From Chiloscyllium plagiosum (lineage: Eukaryota), in contig NC_057754.1 of assembly GCF_004010195.1 (NCBI RefSeq), forward strand, positions 4,561,220 through 4,625,219: 64,000 nucleotides of DNA. The letters run 5' to 3'. A model generated the notes under the pieces. That model saw only the letters and a program-made list of their open reading frames with translations. It searched no databases and was not told where the DNA came from. Shown piece by piece: positions 47,991-61,421 of this stretch (position 1 is its first letter; each line of letters starts with the position of its first letter). The position numbers and the translations under genes were made by a program.

Positions 47991-50770
47991 AAGTTGCTCG
48001 TAGGTCTCTACTGTAAATTTTATTTTAAACCTGAAGATGCTACAGATGTGAAATAAAGATAGAAATTGTTGCAGAGCTGCTGTTGTCACTTTAAAATAGG
48101 ATAGGGTTAATACTTTCAGTGTTCAGAATTCTATCAGTAGATGTACACATGACATGTTAACTTTATTTTAAGTTGCACATTCACCCACTGTATATCTCAA
48201 GAATTTTCTCTTTTAAGTATTTTGCTCAATCCTTGCCTGCATGCGAACATTCATCAGATGATGGACTGTTCATTGTATTCTCTTTTGAGATCCAATGAGC
48301 ATCTGCACATAGAGATATGAGTGAGAGTGAAAATTCAGCATGTTGGTGCACTGTTTAAAATCCTATCCTAGGTTCTTTTTATAATCTTGATATCAGTTCC
48401 ATACTGAACATACAAAATGGGAGCAGGTCAATTGACAAAAACATTGATGTTTGTTTCCACATGCATGGCAGACCTAATGCCTTGTGTTTACACAAACCTC
48501 CATGCCCCTTTATCTGCCTTTCTTTCGAGCACCTGTCTAACCTATATTTTCTCGAGTTTTCTGTCTGAAAACAGGTTTGATTCACAGCACTATGATCTTT
48601 ACTATGAGTAGGACAAGGAAACAGGTTCAAAATCTATCCTAGGTGGAGCAGGTTTTGGACACTGTGCCTTTGGCACCAATCTGAGCCATTGAGGCAACCA
48701 GCCAACTGGATGTCTGAAGAACCCAAGTTGCTGTAGCAGCATACACCTTTATATGCATGTTGTAGTCTGGAGCTATGATAGTAATGGTAGAGGCTGCAAT
48801 TTATTTCCATCACGGCTAGTCAGGAATATCTGCTTTCACCGGCGTATGTTGGAAGGATTTGAAGGTTGATGCTTAGCCTGTCTTGATTGTATTACAAAAG
48901 CCGACTCCTTAGCTTTTATATGCTGGAATGGTCTTGACTACAAAGCTTTTGGCCCATTTTGCCAGAATATTTTCTAATCTAACCTATTTAATTCATCCAA
49001 AACACTGGTAGTGTACTTCACAGCTTGAAAATGTTCTCTTGCATTCTGTTCTCAAACATACATTTGACTTATATTGCTGTTTTTTTCTGGAGAGGTGTGG
49101 AGAGAAATTTGCTGATTTCTAATTGGAACCATGGATAGAAAATGTATCTTCAATTGTGATTGCCAGATACCAAATATGATACCTGTAGACGTGTTGGCAT
49201 ATTTTAAAATTATGCATTTATTAAAATAGCAAAGAAGAATTCTGAGCAGATTAAACTTTTTTCTTTAATAGTGATGCAGCCTGTTTTAAGGCCTGTGATT
49301 ACAAGTTACTTTTCAAATGGTCAATATTTCTAAATCCTTTTATTGTCCAGACGCACCTCTAATTAGGTATTAAATTCAGTTGTTCTGCTGACTTGGCCTT
49401 TCGTCCTGATTTTTTAATTTTTAACTTTAATCCCCAGGTTTTTGAGACCTTCACCATAAAGAATGATTTGCTTGCAAGAAATTTTATTAAGTCCTTTCTA
49501 ATTCTTGGTGAACCAAAGCTATACTTTCATAGTATGAACTGTAATATACTTTGAGACCATTGTGGTTGCGAATAACATTAGAGAAATGTGATGTCTAATT
49601 TGATAACTTGAAAGCAAGGACAGAAAGTTTTACTGAGAAATTAGGCATAGAACAGGGAAGTAACATATGCTACAATAGATTAATTTGGTGCTGTATATGC
49701 CCTTTAGGATTCATTAGGCTAATTAAATAAAGCAACTAGCTGAAGAATATTCCCAGTGGCCTTATTAAACTTGTACTCTTGCACAAAAACTTTTGGAATA
49801 GTTCTTAATATAAATTAGGTTTTGTATATGAACGAATAATTCTTTCACTATTATAGCCCTTAATATGTGTAGCATTCTATGGATTATATCTCATTCTGAT
49901 TTAATTTAGCTGGACAAATTTAACCAAATTGGACTCTGATGTCATTATCACCACACCATAGATACTACATGGTTATTTACACAAAAGCAATGTTGGCCTC
50001 ACAAGAATGCATAAAAATATACTCAAACCATTTCGCATCTCAGGTTGTCCATACAACACAAGCCCTTTACTTGGTGCTTGTGCCATAAAAACCTACTCTT
50101 CTTGTAAGACCATAACATGTTTATCCAGTGAATCACACACAACCAGGCTCAATATTTATAATTTTCAAATGCTGAATAAATTAATCTTAAAGCAGAATTT
50201 GGAACACTACATCTTATCTCAGTGCCTTTGGCTGAATGGAGACAAAGTTGCTAAAGATTTTCCCATTCTCAATTACTGCAACCTTTGCTGGAAATGTGCC
50301 CAAGTCAAAAGAATTCTAATGTATTTACAGCTGGATAGTTTCTCTACTATCACTGAAGATTCACGTAAATGATAGGGGTAGGTTAGACAACAGAGATTCC
50401 TGGCAACTGTGAAATCATACCCTAAAAAGGGTCGAAAATGTATTTAACATTTCAACAAAGGAGGTATAAACTGTGAGTGTTAAAACAGGTATATGCGATC
50501 ATATTCTGATAACTGAGCTGTTCTTGAACTTCAACTCAGTTCCTTATTTCAAATGATGTTGGAGTTTCATTTGCACCAGGAATTTGCGAAACTTTTTTTT
50601 AATGATGAGGCATATTGGAATTGGTTTTGGATTCCATTAAGTACATCTTAAGTGGGATTTGTCCAGGCCACTGGAAACTTGCTTATTTTTATTACAGAAT
50701 TGATTTCATGCCACCTTGGTAAGAAACTACATCCTCTCAGCATCCAATTAAAACAAAACTAATGGAGCCA

Positions 50771-50982
50771 ATTACTGCACTTGCTAGAATCTGTACTGAA
50801 AACAAAACATGCTGGAAATCACAGTGGGTCAGGCTGCATCCATGGAGAGAGCAAGCTAATGTTTTGAGTCTAGATGACGAATGAAGAGTCTGATGAAGTC
50901 ACCTGCACTCAAAGCGTTAGCTTGCTGTCTCTCTATGGATGCTGCCTCACCTGCTGTGATTTCCAACATTTTTTGTTTTCAA
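50771..50982. mobile_element. Palindromic MITE-like element made of two inverted PLE pLTR ends
   Basis: Arms gaaaacaaaacatgctggaaatcacagtgggtcaggctgcatccatggagagag.. and ..ctctctatggatgctgcctcacctgctgtgatttccaacattttttgttttc; central CTGATGA remnant. Confidence 0.7.
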
Positions 50983-52306
50983 AACAAAAATAGCTTCTGC
51001 TTCCCAACTCAATTTTCCTACTGATCTTGGCTGCTTGCTGTTTTATTGGTTTGGATATGCCAGATCAAGAGAGTGCAGCATCAAGTCTCAGGATAGCAAC
51101 TGCTGTGAGAGCCTGGAACAGTGCTGAAGTGCAAATCATCAATGAACAAATAAGACAAGAGAAGGGAATTGAGGAGGAAGTAATAGATCGAAAGGAGAAA
51201 AACAGTTCTATTAGAACAGTCAAGAAAGGGAACTAAGGGAGGCATTTCTGAGTATTGGGAAGAGTGTTGTATTGTCTCTTTCTAGGTTCATACAAAGTTG
51301 AGGGGTCTGCATTGAGTTGAACACAGTTTTAGTGGAGACTTGTAACTTGAGCCTACATGTGCTAAACAATGTGCAAGAAAAATGAATAATGTGAGATTGT
51401 ATCACTTCCTGTGAGTATAAACATATATTTAAAAAATTTTTTTAAAAGCATTTAACAATCACATTACTACAATAGCTGGGTGATTGACAGTCCTTAATAT
51501 CAATTTTTCAATCAGTGGAACAATCAGACTTAACACAATGTGCTAATAATTTGCCAAGGGGAATGCAGGAAAATTCCTGAAACTTTAACCATACTTTTCC
51601 AGTTGCCCTTGTATTATCTTGTCAGGCCAAATCCTGGAATTACTCCAGTTACTAATTGAGAACATTGGAATGTAAATCTGATTCACAAGTTCAGGCGACA
51701 TTGCAATTTCTGGGAACAACATCCTTTTCAATATTTAAGGTGAGTTCCAGGTGTGCGGAATGGAAATAATTGAGAGCTTATCCATGATGGGGCATGGGGG
51801 AAACTAACATAGCATTACAGAATTTAAAGCACTCTAACAGGTTAAAAGGCTAAGCATCATTGCCAGCATTGATTTTTGAGCGTCGAAGGATGTTCTTCTC
51901 CATTAAATGCCAATTACATCAGCTGGGGACAAATAGCTCCTTTACTGATCCATGGAAAAGGCAGTGCAGAAGGTAAAGAGATCCAAGTTTACCAAGGAAA
52001 ACTACTCAGGGGACACTAAAAATGGATGGCCAATGCAGTGACTGACAATTCTTGATAAAGCTTACTTAACTGTGCCAGGTCAGTCAAGATAAAAACAGTT
52101 GACCACATCTTTCTAGAATGTAGTCTATTAAACTACTTATTATCCATGCTGGACTGTGGCTTCTTTAAGCTGTCACCTGTGTGTGTTCCTTCATGCAAAC
52201 CCTTGCTTGCTGTCAACTTGGAGAAAGGTCATGCATGGGAAGTAGATGCGTGTTATTTGTATATTTCAATGCATTGGTTATTATTTGCACATTGAGATCT
52301 ATATGT

Positions 52307-52624
52307 TTAGATTAGATTAGATTAGATTACAGTGTGGAAACAGGCCCTTCGGCCCAACAAGTCCACACCGACCCGCCGAAGCGAAACCCACCTATACCCC
52401 TACATTTACCCCTTACCTAACACTACGGGCAATTTAGTATGGCCAATTCACCTAACCTGCACATCTTTGGACTGTGGGAGGAAACCGGAGCACCCAGAGG
52501 AAACCCACGCAGACACGGGGAGAACGTGCAAACTCCACACAGTCAGTCGCCTGAGTCGGGAATTGAACCCGGGTCTCTGGCGCTGCGAGGCAGCAGTGCT
52601 AACCACTGTGCCACCGTGCCGCCC
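52307..52624 (-). mobile_element. Young full-length V-SINE (HE1-like) with (TCTAA)n tail
   Basis: Minus head GGGCGGCACGGTGGCACAGTGGTTAGCACTG, B-box GGTTCAATTCC, V-domain; CpGs retained; possible TSD ATGTTT. Confidence 0.93.
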
Positions 52625-54806
52625 ATGTTTTGCTGATAAAAGATCCTTTGTCCTTGTTTTTGAGGATGAGAAGGTCCATTGCACATGAGAGAGATTTAGA
52701 GCAGGTAGTAGACTTGCAAACTAATTTTCTCCCGAAGAGAGAGGACCAAATTCTGACAGTGATGAAGAATTTAGCATGTGGAAGTTTCTAAGTTCTTGAT
52801 ATTCTGCTTCTCTTCCTTCCCCCCCATTATGAGCTGTCACTCAATCATATCATAAAATCTTTATTAATTTCTGCAAAAGATAGTGAGTACACTCCTCAAA
52901 ATGAATAATAAACTTTTGGGCATAATTTTTGATAATTCATTTTGACTTGAATCTACTTTGTAACCTAATTTTAAAACAGCAAATTCCTTTAGCCATCAAC
53001 GATGCTGCAGCTGGAAGCAGCCTGCAACCATGCCCACACTAAACCTGAATGTACTGTGAAGATTTATCTTATTATAATTTAGCATGCCTGTTCTGGCTAG
53101 CTGTTCCATTTTGAATATGCAGTAGTATTTGGAGAAGAAAGTTGGATGATCAGCCTTGTAGTATAGTCTTCATCAAAGGGAACCATTCTGCTCAAAAGAA
53201 TTAGATTAGGGCTTCAGACCTTTTCTTGGGCAGATATTATAAGTGTTAACGTATTCTGCTCTCGAAGGGCACATTTATTAATTTTTGCTAGAAATAGTGG
53301 AGAGGAAAGCTTATGTCTCTGCACATAGAATTTTTTATCCTATGCTGTTCAAATGCTGTCCTTGTACATTCCCTTCCGGTGTTCATGTTTGTTGTGTTGC
53401 AGATTGATATATATTTATGCGGTTTCGAATAAGAAAGGTAGAATGTACATATAATGAACTCAAATACTCCAGCATCATGTATTTAGTTTCAAACATTACG
53501 CATAATAGCATTCATAATTAGTTCCATGTTGTATTGCATTGTAAGCCTGTAATATTTTTGGTATAACAAGATTGAAGGAAAAAAATGTTTGAGAAAGGCA
53601 TTTCCAACAAAAGTGTTTTGTTTTAAAGTGCTATATTTTTAGCATGGGTATCTAAAAATTAATGATAAGCGCCATACTCTTATAAGTACTTCATTAGATG
53701 CCTACAATTTAATAGATACTGCAATAAAATAACAGCTTCTTAGCACCATGATCATTTATTCAGAAATGAGTTAGGCATTTAATACATACCAGTCAGCTTG
53801 TCTTTGATCACAGGGTCACATCTTAGCCGTAATGGATAGTGTGCTAAATCTCCGTGAGACGAGGAAGCAATTTGGCATTTGGATTAGGCACTGCAGGTTT
53901 TGACATTGACTGAGGAGATCAGAAATTCACAAACTTGACAAACACATATGTTGCATCAAATGCTTACTAGACACCTAACTATACTGCCAAAAAAATGCAA
54001 AACCAAATACAGAACAGAGGAAAAATGAAAATTAATCCACTCAATACACTGACACACATGCAGACTCATTGTTAAACAAGCTTTTTTTTCAATATCATGC
54101 AGCACTCTGTAGCAATCTCCTGTTTCTAAGGAGTGTTTCCATGGAAACTACGAGTACGTACGAATTAGAAATGTGTTTTGCTTCCAAGCCATCGCCCTGA
54201 TGCTTTTATGGGTAGGTCAGTTATGATTGATAAAGCTGCTCGTAGATAGATGTTTATTTATGTGATAAATCCAAATAGTCATTTGTGTGATTTGTCTTTT
54301 ATTTGAGGCCCTTTATGATAAGAAATAATATTCTATCTCAGCTTCTGGTGCTGCACGAGCTGTTCATTTATTAATGTTCTCGGTCTGCTTTGCCTCAGCT
54401 TTGCATTATTCCATATTTATGCATTGTAACCTTTTTTTTAAAATTCTTTCATGGGATGTGAGCATTGCTGGCAAGGACAGCATTTGTGATCCATCCCTAA
54501 CTGCTCTTGAGAAAAATGATGGTGAACCACTCACTTTGAACTGCTGTGGTGTATTTGATACCTAAAAATGCATGTAGAACTTGATGCTATGTGCTTAAGG
54601 GTGTGTACTACTTGTGTAAGGACCAGGCACCATTCCATATGATGTTTGGGAATGGAGGAATATGCACGCTATATGTTTGCAGGCAGAACCAATGCGTCCC
54701 TGAGGCTGTACTTGAAATTTAGTCTGAAATGTCTCGTCAAACTCCTCACTTTTGCCAAAGGGAACATTTTCACATAGAGTAGTTAAGTCTTCAACAGTTT
54801 CATTAA

Positions 54807-55125
54807 TTAGATTAGATTAGATTAGATTACAGTGTGGAAACAGGCCCTTCGGCCCAACAAGTCCACACCGACCCGCCGAAGCGAAACCCACCCATACCCC
54901 TACATTTACCCCTTACCTAACACTACGGGCAATTTAGTATGGCCAATTCACCTAACCTGCACATCTTTTGGACTGTGGGAGGAAACCGGAGCACCCGGAG
55001 GAAACCCACGCAGACACAGGGAGAACATGCAAACTCCACACAGTCAGTCGCCTGAGTCGGGAATTGAACCCGGGTCTCTGGCGCTGCGAGGCAGCAGTGC
55101 TAACCACTGTGCCACCGTGCCGCCC
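54807..55125 (-). mobile_element. Young full-length V-SINE, near-identical to 52307-52624
   Basis: Differs from the 52.3-kb copy by only a few substitutions and a 1-nt indel. Confidence 0.93.
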
Positions 55126-56639
55126 CCACGGTGTTCTCCTCCGAGGTTATCCTGGGATTTTCATCAGTCTGCCATGTTTCCTCGGTTCCATGAGTCCTCT
55201 ATCTGAAGGTAGGTCCTTGGCTTGTTGTTTGCTGATGCTTCATCCTGAGGTTTTTGCCAGTGATGGTTTGCCATTGTTCCTCACACTCTGGGGGCAGGAT
55301 TTGGACGCATGCTTCAAGTCAACCTTGGGTGGAACAGAAAATCAAACTCACACTATGTTAGAATTATTCTGAACCTTTACATCGAGCCAATTGAACTAAC
55401 CAGCTACCCCTTTTTTTTCATATCTTGAGCAAAATCACAACAGTTTGTAGCAACAGACCAATATAGTATGGATATTTCCCAAAGTACTGTTTGTGATGAG
55501 AACAAAATAGGAAGGGATTAAATACTAAATTTGACTGCAAAATCTTGGAATAAAACTTTTTAGGTGTTAATGTAGCTTTGAAACTGTAGGACATGATTGT
55601 GCACTTGACAAAAATCTTGAGCTCTTGATGGTAGTCTAGGTTGAAATCTGATGGAAGACTAGAAGCAGGCTGGTTGACTAAATTTCTAACCGATTGATAG
55701 GCATAAAAAGTATCCATCTGCTCATATATTTAGAGAGAAAAAGAAACTGTTTGTAACACAAAATAGTTAGAATTTTCTCCCAGGGAACAGTTGGGAAAGG
55801 GGCAGGAGAGGAAGATGATCAAGTGGGTTGATGTTGGGTAGATACCTGTCAATAAAAGAATTATGTTCTGGGCAGTAAAGCCCAAGCTTCACCTTGCTAT
55901 CCTTCTGCCAACTGAAGCTGTTAAGTGTTAAATTAATAGCTACCACTACACATTTGACTCTGATTTGTAGGGGAGAAAAGTGGCAGCTTTTTTGCCTGGT
56001 AACATGGAGAAGCCTGCCTGGGCTCTCAATCTGCCTCAACCTAATTTCAGAGGCAGGACATTGTTATTGAAATCCAGTCTGCCTCTGTTACTCTAAATTT
56101 CTATTCCCATTTCTCATGATCCCTCCCCAAAAAGTAATTTAATTTGCCTGCTGCTCCGTGATATTGGCATTGCTGTCTGTGAGCAGCCTCATTCTCTGTG
56201 GCGATACTGCTGTTTACAGTTACTGGCAGTCTCTGATTGTCTGTAGCTTTGGGCAAAACAGAACATTATTGTCCCATGAAATGATTCACTAAAAAACCCA
56301 CCAGGAGACTACTTAGAGTTTCCTTTTGTGGTGGAGCAGGGGGTGTTTGAATATTTTGGCACCTACCACCACACCCAGAAAGAAACTCTGGAAAATTGCA
56401 CCCAGTAATTGATCTGAACAATTGCAGCGAAATATGTAAATTTTAAAAGTATAGTCTATGCATGAATGATAACTTTGAGAAGTATTCCTCTATGAACTTT
56501 ATTAAGTAATTAATTAATTTCTGTGCTGAATATTTACTGCAGAATGCTGTCTGTGTGAAAAATGTGACCGAGTGGTATTCTATTTAAGGGTTCATGCAGT
56601 CATTTACAACAATTAATAAAGCCACAAGCTTTGATTTTT

Positions 56640-58000
56640 TAAAAATTAAGTCACACATGGGACATGGTTCTTTCTGGCTAGTCCACATTATTTCCCCATC
56701 CCTCGTTGCCCTTGAGAAGGTGGTGGCGAGCTGTCTTTTTGAATTGCTGTAGTATGTGCACGTTCGGTAGACCTACAATACAGTGAAGAAGAGAATTACA
56801 GAATATTTACCCAGTGACAGTGCAGGAACCAAAGGATATCGCAGATAGTGGTGTTCCCATATGTGCCCTTGTCCTTCAAGATGGTAGTAATCATGGGTTT
56901 GCTGCGTAAAAATCTTTGGTGAATTTCAGCAGTGCATCTTGTACACTGCTGCTACTGAGCATCAATCATGGGATAAGACAATGTTTATGGATGTGGTGCC
57001 AAACAAGCAAGAAATTGGAGTTGTGAATGCAGCCCAGTCCAACATGCAAACCAGCCTTCGAAATATTGACTCCATCTATATTTCCCACTGACTCAGGAAA
57101 GCAACCAACATAATCAAAGACCCTTCCCAACTCCGTTATACACTTTTCCATCTGGCACAAGTTATAAAAGTTTGAAAATATGTGCCAACAGATTCAAGAA
57201 CAGCTTATTCCCTGCTGTTATCAGACTTTTGAATGGACCTCTCATATTAGAGTTGATCTTTCTCTGCACCTTCTCTATACTCTATTTTCTGTATTCTGTT
57301 CTTTTACCCTGATGTATTTATGTAAGGTACGATTTGCCTGGATAGCACACAAAACAGTACTTTTCACTGTATCTCGGTAAATGTGACAATAATAAATCAA
57401 ATCAAAGCAGGTTGCTCTGTTCTGGATTGTGTCTAGCTTCTTGACTTGTAGGAGTTCCCTCAGCCAGGCAAGTGGGAAAAATTCCCTCACAGTCTTGAAT
57501 TGTGCCTTGCAAATGGTGGACAGACTTTGAATCAGGAGGTGAGTTATTCGCTGTAGTATTCCAAGCCTCTGAAACAGCTCTTTTAGCCACTGTGTTTTTG
57601 AGTCTAGTTTAGATCAGATGTTGATAGTAGGGGATTCAGTGACAATATTGCCTTTGAATATCAAGGGGTGGTGGTTAGATTGTCTCTTACCGGAGATGGT
57701 CATTATCTGACATTTGTGTGGCATCAGTATCTCTTGCCACTTTTCAGCCCAAGCCTGGATATCATCCAAGTCATGCTGCATTTGGTCATGGACTGCTTCA
57801 GCATCTGAGGAATTGTGAATGGTGCAAAACAATGTGCAGCCTTTGGCACCATCCCCACTTCTGACTTTTTGATGGAGAGGAGGTCATTGATGAAACAGCT
57901 GAAGATCATTGGGCCTAGGACATTATCCTGAGGAATTCCTGCAGAGATGTCCTGGAGCTGAGATGACTAACAACCACAACCATCTTCCTAGTTTGGATTA
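56640..58000 (-). mobile_element. Decayed CR1/L2-like LINE with a nested plus-strand Rex1-like 3' end (~57010-57405, (AAATC)n tail)
   Basis: Minus frames IFSCFINDL..SEVG and QHDLDDIQAWAEKWQ; insert reads ..FKNSLFPAVIRLLN.. and ends aataaatcaaatcaa. Confidence 0.65.
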
Positions 58001-58257
58001 TCTGCCTGGAATCATTAACATTACTTGACTTGAATGCTATTTCGATTTTATGCTTTATTTTTGTTCTGCATCGAGGACCTTTGCAAATGGAAATTAATAG
58101 TGTAATCTTTCAACTATTCACAACTCGTGAGAAATAACTCAATCCTTGAATAGTTTTATTAGCAAATAAAATGCAAAATGGTTGTGAGAGATAGAAGATA
58201 GGTGCCAAAAAGAGAAAGTGATTGAGAACCACCTACTTTTAAACAGGGAATATCAGG

Positions 58258-58571
58258 ATCATAGAGACCTGACAGTGTGGAAACGGGCCCTTGGTCCAGC
58301 AAGTCCACACTAGCCCATTCCCCCCACAATCCTATATTTACCTCTGACTAATGCACCAAACCTACACATCCCTGAACACTATGGGCAATGTAGCATGGCC
58401 AGTTCACCTAACCTGCACATCTTTGGATTGTGGGAGGAAACCAGAGCACCCAGAGTAAACCCACGCAGAGATGGGGAGAATGTGCAAACTCCTCTCACTC
58501 ACCCGAGGCTGGAATTGAACCCAATCCCTTGGGCTGCGAGGCAACAGTGTTAACCATTGAGCCACCATATC
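58258..58571 (-). mobile_element. V-SINE, moderately diverged
   Basis: Same head, V-domain and tail as the 52307 copy. Confidence 0.85.
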
Positions 58572-59191
58572 ACCAGAATTGACAGCCAGCATGGCAGATT
58601 TGAGAAAACACTACCTTTGGTAGAACATTGGTGTGTAAAGATTAAAAATGCTACAATTTAAAAATAACGGCACTTAGTTTATTTGTATATTTATTTTCTG
58701 ATTAAGGTGACATAATATTCAAGGCTGTGAGCTAGAAGGTGGGACATGTATAGGCTTAGAGTTTTTTTGGTCTATCTAGACTCAATGGGCTGAAGGGCCT
58801 CTTCAGTAGTATATGATTCTGTGAAACATCATGAATGGATCAATATTTCATCCCAATTGTTAACACTTTTAAATGATTAAACAAAACAACGATATATGAG
58901 TCTGTAAAGCATTCAATACAGAATAAATTAAAACTCTAGTGAATAATAAACAATACTAGTTTCTGGACAGAAATACATCTGCCACAATGCAAGCACAAAC
59001 TCTCACAATATATTAAATTAATAAAAATTGAGTCAATCTTTGTTGTTTTCTTGCATGTTCATTTCACTCCCTCCTCTCTCTCTTTTGCTGACAGAAGGAT
59101 TTTGTTCCTATCGGGCTCCTGTACTTACCACAGCCAGAAGCGCCGGCTCAGCTGTCAGATTGCAGCACTTTCCATTTTACCAGCTTTAGAG

Positions 59192-59252
59192 ATGAGTTCC
59201 TACGCAACAGCATTGAAATCGGTGGATTATGAGATCTTCGGGGAAGTACAGG
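59192..59252 (+). CDS. Acylphosphatase (ACYP2-like), first coding exon; later exons not found in window
   Basis: MSSYATALKSVDYEIFGEVQ(G), similar to human ACYP2 'MSTAQSLKSVDYEVFGRVQG'; phase-1 donor AGG|GTTGGT directly after VQ-G; polypyrimidine tract and AG acceptor upstream at 59094. Confidence 0.88.
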
Positions 59253-61421
59253 GTTGGTATATTGCAGGGCAGGACTCCTTTCCTGCAAATTCTCCTTGAT
59301 TTTATTTAATCTCCTTTTTAATTCTCTGACTTTACCAAGGGGGTGTGTCTGCTGAAAATAGCGTAGCAAAACTGACTCAAGTTGCAGTAGCCATCTGCCA
59401 TCAAACTGGCAAATGCCAAGGAAATGCTGATTAATTTATAAGACCACTGCTTTATGAATCTCATGTGTTTCACTGACAGTGACTGATAACTTTTAACTTT
59501 GATAAGTAAAATTTGACAATTTAGGTGTTAAACTACATTGAATTTCAGATTATTTAATTATACTGTGCGGTAATATATTTTTAAAAATTATGCTTACTGT
59601 ACAGAATGTTGCACCATTGATTGATGGCTTTTAGAAAAATCAAGTTGTCAAGAATCATTATAAATGATCCCTCAGATATCCAAATGACCTTGCGGACAAA
59701 ATACCTGCATAACATTGAGATTTAAGATGGAGTGGTAAAGTATCCACAGATTAGGGATAGGTAGAGTCAATTACTTTGAATTGGAGATATGGGAGTGTGG
59801 CGTGAAAGGAGAAATTTAATGTAGTTACTATGTACAGTGGCATTGGAGTTGATTTACTTGGCCAGTATGACCTGTGATACCAACTAACAGGTTTGTTGCT
59901 TTTCAGTTTTGGAACCAGACCTGTTTCTGGTCAGGTGAGGAATTGAGTATTTGAAGTTTGTGTCTGAAGCATGTAGGAACTTCACTAAGATAGTCAAGAA
60001 GGTGGTGAGAGATGTGCTATTTCATTTTGTAGATCAAAGATGTCCGGGATGCCATATTTCCTGTACCCATAGGTAATCTTGCAGAGGGTGACCTGGATAG
60101 ACCTTTCTGGCTGGAGGACTTTGAAAGGCCTACAGGGCTTCAGCTAAATGTTCTTATCATAACTGTCCTGACTGCCTCCTAGGATCTTTCCCAAAATGCT
60201 CTTTCTTTAAAAAACCTATGTCTTTCAGAAGCTTTAGTCATGCCTCCCGATATCTGCTTTGGTTTGGTACACATTTTTTGACTTTACGAGATGTTTATGG
60301 ATTTACTTCTATGTTAAAGATAATGCTTGCACTTGACCTTTTAATGTCAGTTCGAAATAATTTAGAATTGAGTTAGACCTGTAAACAAAAAAAGTCACTT
60401 TATTGTATACACATTCAAAGATAATTAATAATTTCACTGCAAGTTGTGAACTAAGCCTCACTCGTTAGGTGAAAGTAGGATCAGACTCAGCTGTGACACC
60501 ACTCTTCCTATGGTCAAGTATTCTAGGTGCATGTCAAGATAATCACTTCGGTGACAGTAGTCCTTTGCAAACTATCCTAATAAGCTATTCTAGTCAAAGT
60601 TGATTCCTTCTGGAGAACAGATATATGAAATGGTATTGTGATTTTCTAATGATAATTTCACTTAAAATAGTGACTGTGGATGGCGTGATCTGGGAGCTGC
60701 CCTGGAAAATAATAATCACTTTTGTAATTGTGAAGGAGCTGAGTTAATGTGCATTATTTGAATTTACATAACTAAAGCATATTTGTTTAATTAATATTCT
60801 GTTTATTATATTAGCTTCGCTTCTTCAGTGACCAGTTCTATTTGCTGCCAGCTCAACAAACTTGCACAGAGTAGTTGCTATTGATGTTGCACAATTTGCA
60901 GTGGCTTCTTTGGCAACACCTTTCAAGCCTGTGACCTTGGATACAGATAGGGATAGGGATGGTAGGAACACCGCCAGCTCAAAGTGTACCTATTGACTTT
61001 AACATATGTCATGATTCCTCAATTGCCACTGGGTCAAATTCTACAATTCTGTACCTTCACTGCATACAGGGTTCAAGAAAGCAGCCCATCGTCATTTTTG
61101 CAGTCAATTTAGGAATGGGATGATAAATTCTGGCCTTGCCAATCATATCAGTTCCAAGAATTAATCAAAAATGAACCTGCATTCAAATAAAATTCTTAAA
61201 GGGTTCCTCCCAGAATGCTTTTCTTCTACCCAATAGATAACACTTTGAAGAGGGTGTGTGCTTTCATCTGATAAGTGACTCAGTGGTATCACTGCTGCCT
61301 AACTATCAAGAACTCTGGTTCAATTCCAGCTTTGAGTGACAGTGTGGAGTTTGCATATTTTCCCTGCATCTGCATAGGTTTCCATCAGGTGCTCAGGATT
61401 TTGTACACAATCCAAAGATGT

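Noticed and set aside
52560-52624. tRNA-like A/B boxes
   Set aside because: SINE heads, not tRNA genes; they run directly into the V-domain and LINE-derived tail.
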